Assembly (NCBI RefSeq): GCF_964188315.1
Contig: NC_135656.1
Location: 116,622,001-116,686,000, forward strand
Source: Podarcis muralis
Lineage: Eukaryota
Direction: 5' to 3'
Length of the DNA stretch: 64,000 nucleotides
A program made the translations under genes and the position numbers. Below, piece after piece: positions 61,161 through 64,000 of this stretch; position 1 is the stretch's first letter; each line of letters starts with the position of its first letter. The notes below the pieces were generated by a model. It ran no database searches, had not been told where the DNA came from, and was given only the letters and a program-made list of their open reading frames with translations.

Positions 61161-61694
61161 GAACGAACCCATTTTCACCACTGCATTCAGAAGGATGGCA
61201 TCCCTGACGCTTTCTGAGCCAGCCCCTCTTCCTGCTGGTGTGGCAACAGTTGCTCTGGTTCCAGCTCAGGTGGGCAAGGGGACAACTGGCTCTGGGGTGA
61301 CAACCTACCAATTTCCCTTCGCTTCAGTATGAAAGGTGGCCTTAGCCCCACCTGCTGCTCCTGAGAAGCTCTATGGAGAGACAGTGAGGTGCAACAGTTA
61401 GAGGAGCAGTGGGAATGTGTTGGATTTTATAATACAAGTACTTTGTTTGAGAGTCTCCCATAAACAATCACTGCTATCTTCAGATAGAGCTGGTAAGTAC
61501 CCTACCCAAAAACCTGGAGATTCTCTGCCAATCAGTGTAGAAAATACTTAATTAGACATCATATGCCCTTTGAAAATGTGGTTTTTTGGGGGGAGGGAGT
61601 TATTGGGCTGTTGTTGATTATATGTTTTGTGGTTTTAGATTTTGATTTTGTTCTGTGAACTGCACTGAGACCTCCGGGTATAGGGTGGTATTTA

Positions 61695-61946
61695 CAGTGG
61701 TACCTCGGAAGTCAAACGGAACCCGTTCCGGAAGTCTGTTTGACTTCCAAAACGTTCAGAAACCAAGGCGCGGCTTCCGATTGGCTGCAGGAAGCTCTCT
61801 TGCAGCCAATTGGAAGCCGCATAAGCTGCATTGGACATTCGGGTTCCAAAGAACGTTCGCAAACCGGAATGCTCACTTCCGGGTTTGCGGCGTTTGGGAG
61901 CCAAAACATTCAACTCGCAAGGCGTTCGACTTCCGAGATGCGACTG
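61695..61946. mobile_element. MITE family B
   Basis: TA|cagtggtacctcggaagtc...gacttccgagatgcgactg|TA. Confidence 0.85.
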
Positions 61947-62347
61947 TAAATTCAATAAATGAAATTAATTAGATGGATCGACTGTGTGGCTTGTGTGAAG
62001 GCGTCAAGTCCTTTGGGGAAGGGATATAGGTCAATTGTAGAGCACCTCTTATGCATGTAGAACGTCCCAGGAAAAGCCCTGTCTTGAAACCCAGTTAGCA
62101 TTGATCAAGGGTAGCTATTGTGGTGGCCTCTGGATTTGTTTTTGGACTCCAATTCCCATCAGCCCCAGCCAGCATTGCCAACGGACAGGGATGATGGGAT
62201 TTGTAGTGCAGCAAAATGTCAACTGGGCACCTTGTTGACTACCCCTGGCACAGATAATAGATGGTCCGATGGTCTGACTCTGTACTATTCAATTTCCTTG
62301 CCTGGGACCCTGGAGATCCTCTGGCTGGTCAGTTTATAAACTGCTGA

Positions 62348-62566
<219 letters not shown>

Positions 62567-62597
62567 TAAATGGTGTTGAGAGGGCTTGGGAAGGCTC

Positions 62598-62730
62598 TTG
62601 TTGTTGTTGTTTAGTCGTTTAGTCGTGTCCGACTCTTCGTGACCCCATGGACCAGAGCACGCCAGGCACCTCTGTCCTCCACTACCTCCCGCAGTTTGGT
62701 CAAACTTATGCTGGTAACCTCGAAAACACT
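62598..62730 (-). mobile_element. Bov-B LINE, short 3' end
   Basis: (TTG)n tail and ttagtcgtgtccgactcttcgtgacccc. Confidence 0.85.
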
Positions 62731-62780
62731 ATGTATTGCTTTGCATACATTGTCACTATTACAAGGTTATACGCTCTATA

Positions 62781-63023
62781 GAGTGGTACCTCGGGTTACA
62801 TACCCTTCAGGTTACAGACGCTTCAGGTTACAGACTCCGCTAACCCAGAAATAGTAACCTCAGGTTAAGAACTTTGCTTGAGGATAAGAACAGAAATCGT
62901 GCTCCGGCAGTGCGGCAGCAGCAGGAGGCCCCATTAGCTAAAGTGGTGCTTCAGGTTAAGAACAGTTTCAGGTTAAGAACAGACCTCCGGAATGAATTAA
63001 GTACTTAACCCGAGGTACCACTG
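62781..63023. mobile_element. MITE family A
   Basis: TA-flanked TIRs. Confidence 0.9.
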
Positions 63024-63314
63024 TATTTATTGCTCAAATCATGAAGCAAACCCCAAAGCAGAACTGATGATTATTACTTGAAATAATAGAGGACAGGGAA
63101 CTAGAGATTATCTTAAAAGTGGCTAAATTTTGTGCTGCTGCTATAAAATTAAAGAGGCAAGTGTTGAATGAATCTAACTGCCAATGTCTTCATATGTTTT
63201 AAATTAGCAATTAAGGCTTTAACTTATATATTTTAGCAGTTTGAATTATTTATCGTGTATTATATAGCTTAATTTTAATCTATGTTTGTATGTTCTCAGT
63301 TGTTTGTATGTTCT

Positions 63315-63564
63315 CAGTCAAACCTTGGAAGTCGAACAGAATCCATTCCGGAAGTCTGTTTGACTTCCAAAACGTTCGGAAACCAAAGCGCAGCTTCTGA
63401 TTGGCTGTAGGAAGCTCCTGCAGCCAATCGGAAGCCACGGAAGCCCCATCGGACGTACGGGTTCCAAAGAACATTCGCAAACCAGAACACTCACTTCTGG
63501 GTTTGCGGTGTTCGGGAGCCAAAACGTCCGAGTACCAAGGCGTTCAGGATCCAAGGTTTGACTG
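63315..63564. mobile_element. MITE family B
   Basis: TIRs cagtcaaaccttgga / tccaaggtttgactg. Confidence 0.85.
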
Positions 63565-64000
63565 TATATGTTGTACTCTGGTCAGTGACCAAAATAAATC
63601 GATTCATGCATGCATACTGAAGGTCCCAGGATCAATCCCCATTTAGGGTTTGGAAAGGCTCCCTGTGAAAAGTTCATATCCTCACCATACATTTAAAGCA
63701 TTTTTATGCCCCTTTAGCAGGCATGGCTTTCCCCAAAGAATTCTTCATTTTGTATACCACCTTTCATACGAAGGTCTTGTTAGTTTATGTTTGCCACTGA
63801 GCAGCTGCCTGGAGTCACAGGACTCTGTTTACATTCCAGAGACCTTCCAGGCTGTTGGAAGTCTCACGGGAAAGGAGACGGGATGTGACGTTAGTGGTTT
63901 CCTGTTCCTTTGCTCCTTTGTTTGGTTGCTCTCTGCTTTCATAGAGAGAGGATGTCTTTTCTGTCTGCGTAGCTTAGAAATAAAGCATAGCGATATAGCC

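Overview
Vertebrate genomic DNA from a squamate reptile. A lacertid lizard is the most likely source, inferred from Sauria SINEs, Bov-B, L2/CR1/L1/RTE/Rex1 LINE fragments and tRNA-Lys/CR1-tailed SINEs. The window is part of a SCAN/KRAB C2H2 zinc-finger gene cluster. Six ZNF genes are visible. ZF1 is on the minus strand and only its SCAN exon is in the window. ZF2 (+) has SCAN, a degenerate KRAB and 7 fingers. ZF3 (+) has the same architecture. ZF4 (+) has a degenerate SCAN, canonical KRAB-A/B and 9 fingers. ZF5 (-) has a degenerate KRAB, a probable GC-AG intron, 20 fingers and no SCAN found. ZF6 (+) shows a canonical KRAB-A exon and runs out of the window. Between ZF4 and ZF5 lies an intronless SURF2 copy with an open reading frame and its own CpG-rich promoter-like region, which looks like a retrogene. 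Main observations: (1) the SURF2 retrogene, possibly an autosomal copy of a Z-linked gene; (2) a family of 127-130 bp KRAB-A-derived exons in which the [10 protein letters not shown] helix has become LF(K/R/Q)(E/D)IKQ(E/K), a SUMO-consensus-like motif, with SCAN and KRAB decaying reciprocally between paralogs; (3) an L2 insertion that rewrote a splice donor; (4) an L1 insertion with a 55-bp target-site duplication; (5) a 942-bp TSD-bounded, ORF-less retroelement with YY1- and CTCF-like motifs at its 5' end. Introns and intergenic DNA are densely filled with nested SINEs, LINEs and TA-flanked Tc1/mariner-pogo MITEs. Exon models were inferred by eye from splice signals and reading phase. Repeat family names are from recognition, not database searches.
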